Source of the DNA: Amphiscolops sp. MND2022
Lineage: Eukaryota
Length of the DNA: 64,000 nucleotides
Direction of reading: 5' to 3'
Assembly: GCA_964187785.1 (NCBI GenBank)
Contig: OZ076415.1
Coordinates: forward strand, 11,532,001 to 11,596,000
Positions within the stretch are counted from its first letter, which is position 1. Every line of letters starts with the position of its first letter. The translations under genes were made by a program, and so were the position numbers. The notes beneath the pieces were generated by a model that saw only the letters and a program-made list of their open reading frames with translations, searched no databases and was not told the DNA's origin. Shown here piece by piece: positions 48,690 to 61,285 of the stretch.

Positions 48690-49105
48690 TTGTTTCATTT
48701 CCAAGATCTTGGAAGACAATGCATTATTCTTGCAGGTATCTTATGTCTGATTTTGAAAGATCTTGGAAAAAATGTCTGAATATTGGAAGATTTTGCGAGA
48801 AATGTCTGAATCTTGGAAAAAACTTGAAAGGAAAAGCCTGATCTTGGAAGTAACTTGGAAGGAAATCTCTGATCTTGAAAGTAACTTGGAAGAAAATGTC
48901 TGATCTTGAAAGTAATTTAGAAAAATTGTCTGATCTTGAAAGTAACTTGAAAATGTCTGATCTTGGAAGTAACTTGGAAGAAAATGCCTGATCTTTGGAA
49001 GCAACTTGGATAATGAATTTTGACAGGTTTGTCTGAAATGTAAGATATTTGCATGATTCTTGCAGATAATGTCTGATTTGTTCCATTTCTTTGAGATTCT
49101 TGCAA
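48690..49105. repeat. Minisatellite of ~27-31 bp (TCTGATCTTGAAAGTAACTTGGAAGAAAATG)
   Basis: More than ten degenerate tandem units are visible. Confidence 0.85.
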
Positions 49106-49132
49106 GAAATGTATGGCAGTTCCACTAGGGAG

Positions 49133-51985
49133 GCCAAGCCTCAGGAACAAAATAGGGGGTCACACTTCCAATTATTTTATTCAAAATAGTTTTAAAAAAT
49201 AAAATTCTCTGAAACGTTTCAAATCTGACTGTACTGTTTATTCTCGAAAATATTGTAAATTGTATTAGCATGAGCTTGTTCTAAGTTGTGAAACTTCAAC
49301 AGCGTGTCTTAATACATGTATTTTTGAAAAACCTGAATTTTACAGCTTAGTTTTTTACGATTTTATGATGATTTCTAAATCAAAACATATCAAGGGCCTG
49401 AGTAAAATCAGGGGTTCATTGAACAAAAAAATTTTCACAAATTTTGAGCAAAAGTAGACCAAAAGTTGAAAAACTCACTTTTGACCTAGATTTGGCTAAA
49501 AATGGCCTGTCGTAACTTTTACAATTTACATCGCATGATTTCCAAACAAACAGATTTGAAAACTAGATAAAATTCTCAGAATTCATTTTCACCAATTTTT
49601 GAAGTTTTCCGTTTTCGAGATGTACGATTTTGTTGCTTTTAATAATATCACTATTGTAGAGTTTGTGAGCTACAATCATTTGTTAGCTACATTAATCGTA
49701 ATCAGTTTGGAATAATCTGTCAACTGGAGAAAATACAACTTAAACTTTCTATATCATCTTCTGAGAAGTTCAACCATTGAACGGGAATCTCGAAACTACT
49801 ATCTGGGATATAAATATTTTTATAATTATCATTTATTTCATCAGGAGACAAATACAATCAAATATACGTATATTGATTATCTTTCCAAAGTAACCACGTC
49901 TTACAAAAATACCCCCCATAAGAACGCAGGCTTTTCCAGGCGAGATCTTTTCTCTAAGGCAGCGATTGTTTCGCCTTGAAACAATCCGTTTCTCTGTTGC
50001 CAAACTCATTTGAGGGACCATTTCGATCAAAACCAAGGACGTTGAGAATTTTGTGAAACTTCAAGGGAGAAAAAGTCCGGAACTTCTTTTTATTGGTTCA
50101 AAAATTGAAACTTATAGATATCTCTGTTGAAGGTAATGATCGAATCAATTTTGTTGAGTAGACCGATTTTCACCAAAACAATTCTATGATAACCTTTGAG
50201 TTTTCTTGTGAAATACTGAAACAACGAAAAACAGCATCGTAAAGCGTGACAAACTAGTCAACAAATGTCAACAGATCCCTCAGAAATAAACCGAAAAAGC
50301 TTCACCGTAAAATGAAAGTCAATCACAGAATAGAATAGACAAGTTTAAAAGAGCACAATCTTTTTGGCACCACTGTAGAAACTACAGGTTTTTAGAAATG
50401 AAGCAATTGCTTAAAAATGTATATCACAAAAACGCTTCGAAATTCAGTAGCTTGTATGAGGAATAATTTGATACATGTCATCGACAAATCGGTCCTACTA
50501 AAATTTGACCAATATCCAATTAATTGACGGTATGAGGATTCGAACTACTATCGGAGCCAAGCCTCAGGAACAAAATAGGGGGTCACACTTCAAATTATTT
50601 GATTCAAAACAGTTTTAGAAAATAAAATTCTCTGGAACGTTTCAAATATGACTGTACTGTTTATTCTCGAAGATATTATAAATGGTATTAGCATGAGCTT
50701 GTTTTAAGTTGTGAAACTTCAACAGCGTGTTTAATACATGTATTTTTGAAAAACCTGAATTTTACAGCTTAGTTTTTTACGATTTTATAATCATTTCTAA
50801 ATCAAAACATATCAAGGGCCTGAGTAAAATCATCTACTCATTGAACAAAAATTTTTTCACGAATTTTGAGCAGAAGTAGACTTAAAGTGCAAAAACTCAC
50901 TTTCGACCTAGTTTTGGCTAAAAATGGCCTGTCGTAACTTTTACAATTTTCATCGCATGATTTCCAAACAAACAGATTTGAAAACTAGATAAAATTCTCA
51001 GAATTCAATTTCACCACTTTTTGAAGTTTTCAGTTTCCGAGATGTAAGATTTTGTTGCTTTTACTAATATCACTATTGTAGAGTTTGTGAGCTACAATCA
51101 TTTGTTGGCTCTATTAACCATATTCTGTTTGGAATAATCTGTCAACGGGAGAAAATACAACTTAAACTTTCTAGATCATGTTCTGAGAAGTTCCAGCATT
51201 GAACGGGAAACTCGAAACTACTATCTGGGATATAAATATTTTTATAATTATTATTTATTTCATCAGGAGTCAAATACAATTAAATATACGTATATTGATT
51301 ATCTTTCCAAAGTAACCACGTCTTCCAAAAATACCCCCTTAAGAACGCAGGCTTTTCCAGGCGAGATCTGTTCTCGAAGCCAGCGATTGTTTCATCTTGA
51401 AACAATCCGTTTCACTGTTGCCAAACTCATATGAGTGACCATTTCGACCAAAACCAAGGACGATGAGAATTTTGTGTGTGAAACTTCAGGGGAGAGAAAG
51501 TCCGGAACTTACTTCTTTATTGGTTCAAAAATTGAAACCTATAGATATCTCTGTTGAAGGTAGTGATCGAATCAATTTTGTGTTGAGTAGACCAATTTTC
51601 ACCAAAACAATTCTATGATAACCTTTGAGTTTTCTTGTGAAATAATGAGACAACGAAAAACAGCATCGTAAAGCGTGACAAACTAGTCAACAAATGCCAA
51701 CAGATCCCACAGAAATAAACCGAAAAAGCTTCACCATAAAATGAAATTCAATCTCAAAATAGCACACACAAGTTTAAAAGAGCACAATCTTTTTGGCACC
51801 ACTGTAGAAACTACAGGTTTTTAGAAATGAAGCAATTGCTCAAAAATGTATTTCACAAAAACGCTTCGAAATTCAGTAGCTTGTATGAGGAATAATTTAT
51901 TACATGTCATCGACAAATCGGTCCAACTAAATTTTGACCAATATCCAATTAATTGACGGTATGAGGATTCGAACTACTATCGGAG
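49133..51985. repeat. Tandem duplication of ~1.42 kb
   Basis: GCCAAGCCTCAGGAACAAAATAGGGGGTCACAC at ~49133 and ~50556; both units end GAGGATTCGAACTACTATCGGAG. Confidence 0.93.
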
Positions 51986-52570
51986 TCCGAAGCTAATGCG
52001 GTAAGCATCCGGATATAGCGTCTTATAGCTTGTTTGATTTATTTCAATCATTCTGCAACGCAACATCCTCCGGGCCCAAGAAGATGATAATAAAATCGGT
52101 CGAACTAACTTTCGGGTTTTCGTAATTTTATTGGCAAATGTTTCAACTGGATTTTTTTATATAAATGTGCTCATTATTGTGCTCATTTTTAGGCGTGGTT
52201 ATGAGAGAAAAAAGAGTAAGACTTGCAGTGGGTTACGTAAGATTGGGGGAACCGCGGGACGGGAATGCGGGTGGAGACAATCGGTCGGAATAGGCTTCCG
52301 TTCCGCAGAGCGAGCGACGTAGCGGATAGGAATTGAGACTCTGCTCTACACAGAAGGTAGTTAGTGTCTCGGTTCAACATCGATCTCCAAGGCTTGCGAA
52401 AAGACATGTTTGAAGCTTCGTGATCCGTTCCCAGACTCCACCGCACTCGGAGGATTGAACTTCCAATGGATCTCTCGTTTGACTACAGCTTTCGACAGAA
52501 TCTGTTGGTTACACGCTGACACGTTTTGTAGCTCAAAACTCAAAAAATAGTTTCGAAACACCCAAAGATC
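51800..52570 (-). mobile_element. BEL-family 3' relic (integrase tail, PPT, LTR starting at 52065)
   Basis: CTTCTTGGGCCCGGAGGA|TGTTGCG on the minus strand; upstream EIHWKFNPPSA...SFKHVF integrase remnant. Confidence 0.75.
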
Positions 52571-55500
52571 ACCTTTCATGCCCAATAAGACTCGAAAACC
52601 ACTTTTCCATCAGCTGAAAACAAAAAAAGAATTCCAACTTAGTTAGGAAAATGTCTCATTGTGTGGAAAACCCTAAAGAGTCTACTATGCTCTCAAAACA
52701 AACGTTTCGTATCTTGAAAAAGTTGACGAGCTGCGATAAACACAAATTAGAACAAGTCGCATAGAATAAACGACGGTCCTAAAAAACAATACGACTATAG
52801 AGTGCTGGCTCACTGAAAAAGGCAAATCCTAAAACGAAAACTATTCATTTTGAATAATCTCAAAATGCCTAAAGTGGTAACAGGGAGACCTTTGGGCTTT
52901 TCTGAAAATCCAGTTTGTGGCAAAAAATCCAAAAATTTGAAGGGGGACATTTTGGTGCCCTCCTAATTTTCTCGGAAAAAAATTATTGCCGAAAAAAATT
53001 AGAAGTGAAAAACGCCAAGATTGCCAAGAGGAGATGCTTGTTAGTACGTTTTAGAGGTTCTGGATGTCGGTTTTGTTTTGTCCTGGTAAAGTTCTGACGT
53101 TTCGAGTAATTTGAAAATCTGTCAATAAAGTTGAACGAATGAAAAGTGGACCTTACGTGTATAAAACCACCCACTGTAAGAGTCGGGCACTTTTCTTCAA
53201 AAGCGTCGACTGAAATCTGGATTCACATTGTTATATAGTCTTTCCTTCCTTATATGTTACCCGAAATAAAACATGATAGCTGACGAGAGACAACTATGAT
53301 TTTTTTGACTGGAAATGTTTTTTATCTTCTCGAACACAACTTGCTGCGAAAAAGTACAAACGGATAACGAAAAGATTGTTAGGGGTAATGAAAAACGTGT
53401 ACAAAAAATGAAAGCTTATGTTTGTGTCCACTGGAAGGTTGTCGGATGTCTACAAATGCCGAATGGGCGAACGACAAGGAGACATGCTATCGACCATTCG
53501 TTTTACACTTTAGTTATCGATTTAGAAAAAAATTATGTGGAAGAATTACGTGATAAGTGTACAACCGGATACGAAAATACTTACAGATCTCCCAGATCCC
53601 GAAATATGTTTATATATTCACTCATCTATATGAAGACACTATACTTCGGAGTAAAACTGAAGCCATTAGGCAGAAAACTCTTGATTTAAAAACAGTACTA
53701 AAGCTAATGATCAGGAAAAGCTAATGATCAATGAAATTTTCAACACAAAACAAAATAATTTCGTATTCGAAAGGCTACTAGGATCTGTTTGTTGTGCGTA
53801 AAGTAACTGATCTAGGTGATACCTTTCTATATCTGGGACATGTTTTTATATTACAAACACATTTAAAGCAACTCAAAAACCGTGTGGATGGACTAAAAAG
53901 CGATACTCAAACTGGAATCTGTTCATGAAGAAACAGTTTCATCTTTTGGACACATCTATCAAGTCGATTCTGCTTCATGGTTGCGAGGTGTGGGGATATG
54001 AAAATGTTGAAAAAGTAAACCTTTTCCATCGAACAGTGTAAAGACAGTGACTAGGAATAAGGAAAAAAGACAAAGCAAGGGATTACAGTGAACTAGGAGA
54101 AGTGAGCTGAAGGTTTTAATCTAGAACAGCATGGCATCATGCTGGCAAAAACGTCAACATGAAAAATCGGAAACTCCGTCAATTATTGTTCCACTGGTTA
54201 AACGTAATCCAAGTTTGAGAACTTTGCCAACTACATAAATGACTTTCAGTTCAATAACTATATAAGGACACTGTGAGACCCTGTTAATTGTTCTTGGCGA
54301 GCAATGGTGCGCACAACGACAATGATTGAGAAATATTGTTTATGCAAGCAAAAAGTAGTAATGGAAACGTATAATAGCAAAGCGAACCTGACGAAAAAAA
54401 TGAGCATGACTCAAGTCAAAATATCAACTGTCTATATCAAGTCAAAGAAGCCGTTTGAAATCTATTGTGCTAAGCATCCGGATATAGCGTCTTATAACTT
54501 GTTTGATTTAATTCAATAATTCTGCAACGCAACATCCTCCGGGCCCACGAAGATGTGAGAATAAAATCGGGCGAACTAACTTTTGGGTTTTCGTAATTTT
54601 ATTGGAAAAGGTTTCAACTGGATTTTTCAAAAAAATGTGTTCATTATTGTGCTCATTATTAGGCGTGGTTACGAGAGAAACAAGAATCGCGGGATGGGAA
54701 TGCGGGTTGAGACAATAGGTCGGAATAGGCTTCGTTCCGCAGAGCGAGCGACATTCTCAGCGACGTACCGTAGTTCAGTTCAACCGCTCGTTCAAGTGTG
54801 TGATAACCTCGCGGACTCGGAAGCTCGATGATACATGCAAGGTCTTCTGTATTGTGATATCAATCTGGTTGCGTTGATCACTTTGAACGGGAATAAACGA
54901 GGGGACGTAAGCTTCTAGTTATCTGTTCCAAAGTGCACCTGTGTACCCGTGGGCATGTGCGTAGCGCTTCCGGCGGTCTACGTCGGTTGTTTTATGCCAT
55001 GGCATGATGGAATCAGCTGTTCCCAACAGGAATTCGTTCGGAGTCAACGCGTCCAAAACCGCAGTCTAGGAGCTACCAGGTAACAGCGGATAGGAATTGA
55101 GACTCTGCTCTACACAGAAGGTAATTAGTATCTCGGTTAAACATCGATCTCCAAGGTTTGCGAAAAGACATGTTTGAAGCTTTTCGCGATCGAATACCAG
55201 ACTCCTCCGTGATGGGGGCACTCGGAGGATTGGACTTCCAATAGATCTCTCGTTCGACTACAGTTTTCGACAGAATCTGTTGTTAGACGCGGACACGTTT
55301 TGTAGCAGTTTTTTCGATGTCGGTAATATACGTTCTGTTGTCAAACCACAAAACTGATGGGAAAGCCTGACGGTCAGCTGCTAAGACATGATGCTAAGAT
55401 CGCAGAATGTTGAGAATGTGCCTTTTAGAAGTACTATTAATCCATCGTGCAAAACATCAACATGTGAAAGTAAAATCGCAGATTCCTTTTTCCCTATTCC

Positions 55501-56920
55501 CAATATAGCGTTCACTTACGAATATCAATGAGCAAGTACGTATACAACGAAGTACAACCAGTGTTTTGGAGGTTTTGAATGTCGGTTTTGTTTTGTTCTG
55601 AACAAAGTTTTGACGTTTCGAGTTTTTTGAACATCCATAATTAAAAATGAACGAATGAACAAAAAGATTACTTTACGTGTATAAAACCACCCACTGTAAG
55701 AGTCGGGCCCTTTTTTTTCAAAAGCGTCGACTAAAATCTGGATTGTATCGTTCACACTGTTATATAGTCTTTGCCTTCCTTATATGTTACCCGAAGAAAA
55801 ACATGATTGCTGACGAGAGACAACTATGATTTCCTTGACTTTAAAAGCTTTTGATCTTTTCGATCACAGCTTGCTGCGAAAAAGTACAGTCGGATAACGG
55901 AATGATTGTTAGGGGTAACGGAAAACGTGTACAAAAAACGAAAGCTTAAGTTTGTGTCCACTGGAAGGTTGTCGGATGTCTTCAAAGGCCGATGGGGCGA
56001 ACGACAAGGTGACATGCTATCGACCATTCGTTTAACACTTTAGTTATCGATTTAGAAAAAAATATGCAGGAGTATTACGTGATCAGTGTGTAACTGGATA
56101 CGAAAATATTTACAGATCTTCCAGATCCCGAAATATGAATATATGTTCACTCTTCTATATGAAGACACTATACTTCGGAGTAAAACTGAAGCCATTAGGC
56201 AGAAAACTCTTGATTTAAAAACAGTACTAAAGCTAATGATCAGGAAAAGCTAATGATCAATGAAATTTTCAACACAAACAAAATAATTTCGTATTCGAAA
56301 GGCTACTAGTATCTGTTTGTTGTGCGTAAAGTAACTGATCTAGGTGATACCTTTCTATATCTGGGACATGTTTTTATATTACAAACACATTTAAAGCAAC
56401 TCAAAAACCGTGTGGATGGAGCAAAAAAGCGATACTCAAACGTGAATTTGTTCATGAAGGAACAGTTTCATCTTTTGGACACATCGATCAAGTCGATTCT
56501 GCTTCATGTTTGCGATGAGTGGAGATATGAAAATGTTGGAAAAGTAGACCTTTTCCATCGAACAGTGTAAAGACAGTGACTAGGAATGAGGACAAAAGAC
56601 CCAAAGCAATGGACCACAGTGAACTAGGACGAAGTGAGTTGAAGTTTTCCATCTAGAAAAGCATGGCATTGTGCTGGCAAAACGTCAACATGAAAAATCA
56701 GAACCTCCTTTAATTATTGTTCCACTGGTTAAACGTAATCCAAGTGTTAAAAATTATCACTTGAGAACTTTGCCAATTGAGTTCAATAACTATATAAGGA
56801 CACTGTGACGACCCTGTTACTTGTACTTGGCGAACAATTGTGCGCACAACGACAGTGATTGAATATTGTTTATGCAAGTAAAAGGTAGTAATGGAAACGT
56901 ATATTAGCAAAGCGAACCTG
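52002..56920. repeat. Tandem duplication of ~2.5 kb (52002-54470 and 54471-56920) with unit-specific indels
   Basis: TAAGCATCCGGATATAGCGTCTTATA at 52002 and 54471; ATGGAAACGTAT.TAGCAAAGCGAACCTG at 54361 and 56891. Confidence 0.9.
54471..55330 (-). mobile_element. Second BEL-family 3' relic (longer integrase remnant)
   Basis: PPT/LTR junction at 54534; remnants SPHHGGVW, SFKHVF and LDALTPNEFLLGT. Confidence 0.75.
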
Positions 56921-57820
56921 TGATAATCCTCTCTTAGGGGTTCAGCATCAGACTCTTCGTCTGAATGTATAGTTACATCTACATCTGATTCAGCTCGAAA
57001 CAAAGGCTTTGCAGGATGTCTAAGATCTTTCATTTTTGAAGCCCTTAAAGGATAATCTTCATCTTCCGAATCTGAATTTTCATTTAGAGATGCGTGAACT
57101 CCTATAGGCTTGTTAGTTTTGGACCCTGACGCTTGTGGTTCCTGATTTTCATTGATCTCTGATCTCGGGTTTGTTACTGTTGATGCACTTTTATTTGACT
57201 TGATTTCTTTCAGAATTGCTTCGAACTTGTTGTCTATTTCTTCTCTCATTCTCTCGATTCTATCATTATTCTTTTGTTCTATAATCTGGGTCCAAACTTG
57301 GATTTCGTTACTAATTTGGCTTGGTTCAACCATTGGGTTTTCTGAGACGTTTTCACCTAAATTCTCCTGTAAAACTGAGTTAAAATTATTCAAAGTCTCA
57401 TTACCTTGAGTTGACGTATCTACTTGTACCTCAATCGGGTTTCTGTCTGGAGACGGTGTTTCTAGCCTTCTAGATCTCCTGTTTCTCTTATTCCCCATCT
57501 TTCTCAAGTGAAAACGATCAGTTTGCAGGGTCAAGAATTTGAATTTGAAATGAAAGTTTGTATGAAAATTGACAGTGTTGTTTAGGATGTCCAAAAATGA
57601 AGATGGTTTACAATGATTGCTTTATGGTCCAGTAAAACCAACTGAACTTGAGGAAAGTTATTCAAATTGTGTCCGCTCCTTCTATTTCTAAAGAAAACCC
57701 AAAATTTATAAAAGGATGACACGCAATTTTACTAGCATCATTCCCAGGAAAACCTAATAATAGCGCCTCGTCAGAATGTCGTCATCCTATTTATATATTA
57801 TGATTCATCATATCATGACA
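56919..57820 (-). mobile_element. Solo-LTR-like unit (902 bp) containing a ~193-codon coiled-coil/acidic ORF
   Basis: TGTCATGAT...ATTATCACA termini; TATATAAATA near the 5' end; ATG at 57498 stays open to the terminal CA (MGNKRNRRSRR...EPLREDYH); flanks GAACC and TACAG do not form a TSD. Confidence 0.6.
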
Positions 57821-57969
57821 TACAGAAACGATTCCGCTGTCTAAAGGACCCTAGAAAGGTATTAAACAACGATATTTTATGGACTTTTATCACTATATAT
57901 GGAAACATAAAGTTAATCCTTCAAATTAAAAGGAACATAGCGAGAAACGCACAATGCCGAGTACTCGCT

Positions 57970-58200
57970 ACTCCTTGAACCGTGGGATGACGCATATAAA
58001 CTTGGATGAGAAAATGCGCATATTGACGTATATTCATCACTGCACAAACCGCATAATGGCGCATAATGAAAATCACAAATACGTATAGTGACGTATACTC
58101 ATTAATGGTTGAAACGTATAATGACGTATACTGAGAATTACAAATGCGCGCAGTGATGCATATTCAATAGTAATCATATTGTATGATGACGTATCCAATT
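57970..58200. repeat. Subterminal-type motif array 1 (ACGTATAGTGACGTAT-like)
   Basis: Starts AACCGTGGGATGACG (57978-57992); motif variants at ~58050, 58081, 58115 and 58185. Confidence 0.65.
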
Positions 58201-58425
58201 AATATCATTTGTTCAGAATGAAATAGTAGCACTGCACATGTGTTATTTGAACTAATAAAATCATCATTAAGGCTTTTGAATTTGCCCAAAGTACATCCAG
58301 GTGTTACTTTTACAAAGTAAAACAATTAAGAGACCCTGATTAGAAGTAATATATTTACATAAGTTACATGACTAGTGGATGAGTTTTTAGAGTTTGACAC
58401 AACACTGTAGACGTTGTTTATCTTC

Positions 58426-59481
58426 TTAAAGCTGCACACCGGACCCATCGCACCTTTGGGGACGCGACAGTCCCGCGTTCTTGAAGATAAACAACGCGGC
58501 TTCAAATCCGTCTATGAAGGCTCTGGATCTGACTCCACGGTCTCTGACTGTTTCTTCATTATAAGCTGTCGCCCCAAGATAGTCACCCAACGTTTCTAGA
58601 GCCACTTGATCAAAGGTGCGTCCACACCAAACGCAATACCCAGAGACGTTGGGCATGACCGTTGGGAACAGTCTGAAATTCTGTCGTTCATTAATCGGCA
58701 TCAGTAAGATGTTGGTGCTGTGTAGAACATTGAACGGGAACCCTGCTTGGACTACTTGTTGAAATTGATCGTTGAAGTTGACTTGAGGAATACCCATGTT
58801 TCTAGGGGGTAGATGTATCACTACTGGAGTGATGTCATTGACGGCCGGGTATGCTATTCCCTCTGGGACAAAAGTTGTTTGAGGGTAAACCCCTTCTGGT
58901 TGGTGAACCGGCAGGTTCACAGTTTCTTGAGCGTCTGAATTAATTGCTTGAAGTTGGTGTGAATCATGTGTCTCACGTGAAAAATTTGGGGGGTAAGTGG
59001 GCACTGGCCTGGCGATCTCATTCGGCTGTTGTATTGTGGCTCTTGGTGTAGGCAATATTGCTGCGACTGGACGCCCATAGCTGTTCAGTTGGATCCTGGG
59101 TTCTGCATTAACATTAACTGGGGACATTCCAACCTCTTCAAATTCCGAATCTATGAAAGACAGCGGAGATTCAGGAGAGGAGGAAGGGCCCTCTTCTATT
59201 AGATCCATGATTTCCCTCTCAATATGAGTTCCAGCCGTATCTATAGATCCCGATTGGTCAACATGGTCAGTATTGGGAAATAGTGACGCTGTTGCTGCAC
59301 CCATGAAGGCTGTCATCATGTTTGTCCCCGTCGTGTTGATCCTGAATTTCTCGTGCAACTGGGGGATGTTGCCAGCTTCTACCACGAACTCGTCCCCCGA
59401 ACCACTGGAGATGTCGATGACATCAGGTGAAATAGGCGAGTAGCCCAAATCTTCGTCCAGGTTAAATTGCAGGGGGTTCAT
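58426..59481 (-). CDS. Orphan 351-aa ORF, probably element-borne; disordered N-terminus and compact C-terminal CxxC domain
   Basis: Uninterrupted ATG-to-stop ORF; C-terminus GYCVWCGRTFDQVALETLGDYLGATAYNEETVRDRGVRSRAFIDGFEAALFIFK; lies between motif arrays 1 and 2. Confidence 0.65.
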   Translation of the reverse strand: MNPLQFNLDEDLGYSPISPDVIDISSGSGDEFVVEAGNIPQLHEKFRINTTGTNMMTAFMGAATASLFPNTDHVDQSGSIDTAGTHIEREIMDLIEEGPSSSPESPLSFIDSEFEEVGMSPVNVNAEPRIQLNSYGRPVAAILPTPRATIQQPNEIARPVPTYPPNFSRETHDSHQLQAINSDAQETVNLPVHQPEGVYPQTTFVPEGIAYPAVNDITPVVIHLPPRNMGIPQVNFNDQFQQVVQAGFPFNVLHSTNILLMPINERQNFRLFPTVMPNVSGYCVWCGRTFDQVALETLGDYLGATAYNEETVRDRGVRSRAFIDGFEAALFIFKNAGLSRPQRCDGSGVQL

Positions 59482-60911
59482 TTTCTTTTGATTTGTATTT
59501 AAAATCAGACTAATTAAAGCAAAATTTTGATATTAATAGCAACTGAATTTCAGATTGTTATAGACCATATTATGATGGATTCTTTTATACCTTTCGTTTC
59601 CGATGGAAAACCCGCGAAAAAGTTGAGTGTCATGGTTTTAGGTTCTTACACCACCTTATATGGGTTCCTGTCTAGATTCATATTACAAGCATCATCCACA
59701 ATTTATCATAAACATTTTCCATAAAAGGTGTGATGTTAAGCACTTCAACTGATTTCCCTTGATCATCATCCTTCACAGCATTCGATCTACTTTTAATGAT
59801 TCGTAAACAAATTCAATTCGATGTGAGTGAAAATGAACTAAAACTCTTCATGACAATATTCTTCAATAAAACAAACTACAATCAAATATATTCAAGCTAC
59901 ATGACTGTTTGTAAAAAATAGGGAAAGCTAAGAAGCGTTTCATATCCTACTTCCAAAGGTCATATGACTTTTAAAGAAAACATCAGTCGATTCCTGTCCT
60001 GCATTTTAAAGGATATAAATGTAGTTTATGACCTAATACATGGATTTCATCGCTACCAGTAACTTCATTTAAAGGTTTGAAAGGCGTCACCAGACTAAGC
60101 TGTTATACATATATTTGGTTCAAAACTGCACTGGTATCTGGCTAAACATCAGTAAAATCACACATGATTGATATTTGCAAGCCGTAATTACATCACAGTA
60201 TTATGTAATATTGTCTTTTCATTCAATTTCAAGCATTAGTAACATTAATCCGTTCCTTTGAATGTATGCAGCGTAAACCGCAGGGTGACGAGTATACGTC
60301 ACTGCTCAATCCGTATAGTGCCGCATAGTCTCCAGCTGACAATTCCGCACACTGCCGCGTACTCGTCTTGCAATTCCGCATACTGCCGTATACTCACCAT
60401 TAGTGGATCCGCATACTGCCGCATACTCGTTGTTGGCAAATCCGCATACTGCCGCATACTCGTTATTGGCAAATCCGCATACTGCCGCATATTAAATCAT
60501 TCCAAACAGCACGGCTGTGATGAGAATGAGTCTTTATTGCTTTCAGATGTCGTAATGAGTCAATCAATCACGCTGGCAGACGTAATTGACATGTGGACAG
60601 CCAATCAAATTGCAGCATTCTCCACGCATATTTGCGCTCAATCATTTCATTTGCTCTTTTGCCTTCTTTTGTTACATTAACGCCACGCCTTTTGTCCTGT
60701 TCTATTAACATTGCTTACGTTTATCAAGTAAAATTCATAGTCAAAGTTCAAAATCTCAGTATTTACAGATTTCGTTTTCTTTTCTTCCTTCACCTGTCGA
60801 CTGCTTCTTCCCAACACTGCAAGTGTTACTCCGTTTACTCTCTGGTTATTACCCTGTTGTTCCCAATTTATTGTTGACTTGTGTTCTTCAACAAATCGCC
60901 TCTGTTAATAA

Positions 60912-61025
60912 ATGGATTCCCAACGAGAAACGAGTTCACCGGGAAAAGAAGATCTCGAAAAGGTTACCCCTTCCACCACCAGGATGATTTCTGGAATTGT
61001 GATTTGCCTCCTGAGCCAATGCCAT
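60912..61025 (+). CDS. Probable first exon of the zinc-finger gene (apparent frameshift)
   Basis: ATG at 60912 and donor GTAAGT at 61026; a one-base shift gives MDSQRETSSPGKRRSRKGYPFHHQDDFWNCDLPPEPMP. Confidence 0.4.
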
Positions 61026-61285
61026 GTAAGTTCAACAATTTTATTCTAGTTTAGGTTCATTTTAGTTCTGTTCCAAAGGTTTATGCTTTCTGCTAAGCTG
61101 GCCAGGCTCGCAAAAATGAAAATGATCAGAACAACTTCTAGATCAGATTCAGAATTTTTTCGAAACGTTTCCGTTTCTGACTTCTAAGCGATTTCCGTTC
61201 CTCTTTCATTTCCTGTCCCCGCGTCCGGTTCCAGTTGATTTTTGAACAGAAAAGGCTTGCGTGGTCCACTTCCTTTTTATTTTAG

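Noticed and set aside
48724-49150. ORFs upstream of the lectin exon
   Set aside because: Translations of a 27-31-bp minisatellite with variable, non-triplet unit length.
51789-51803. CA followed by G-TGGTGCCAAAA, a possible second PBS implying a tandem LTR element
   Set aside because: Only a short tRNA-Phe-like match, no gag follows, and the LTR end is not independently defined.
60305-60490. Regular ~33-bp repeats resembling a CRISPR array
   Set aside because: No unique spacers, eukaryotic context and no cas genes; better explained as subterminal repeats.
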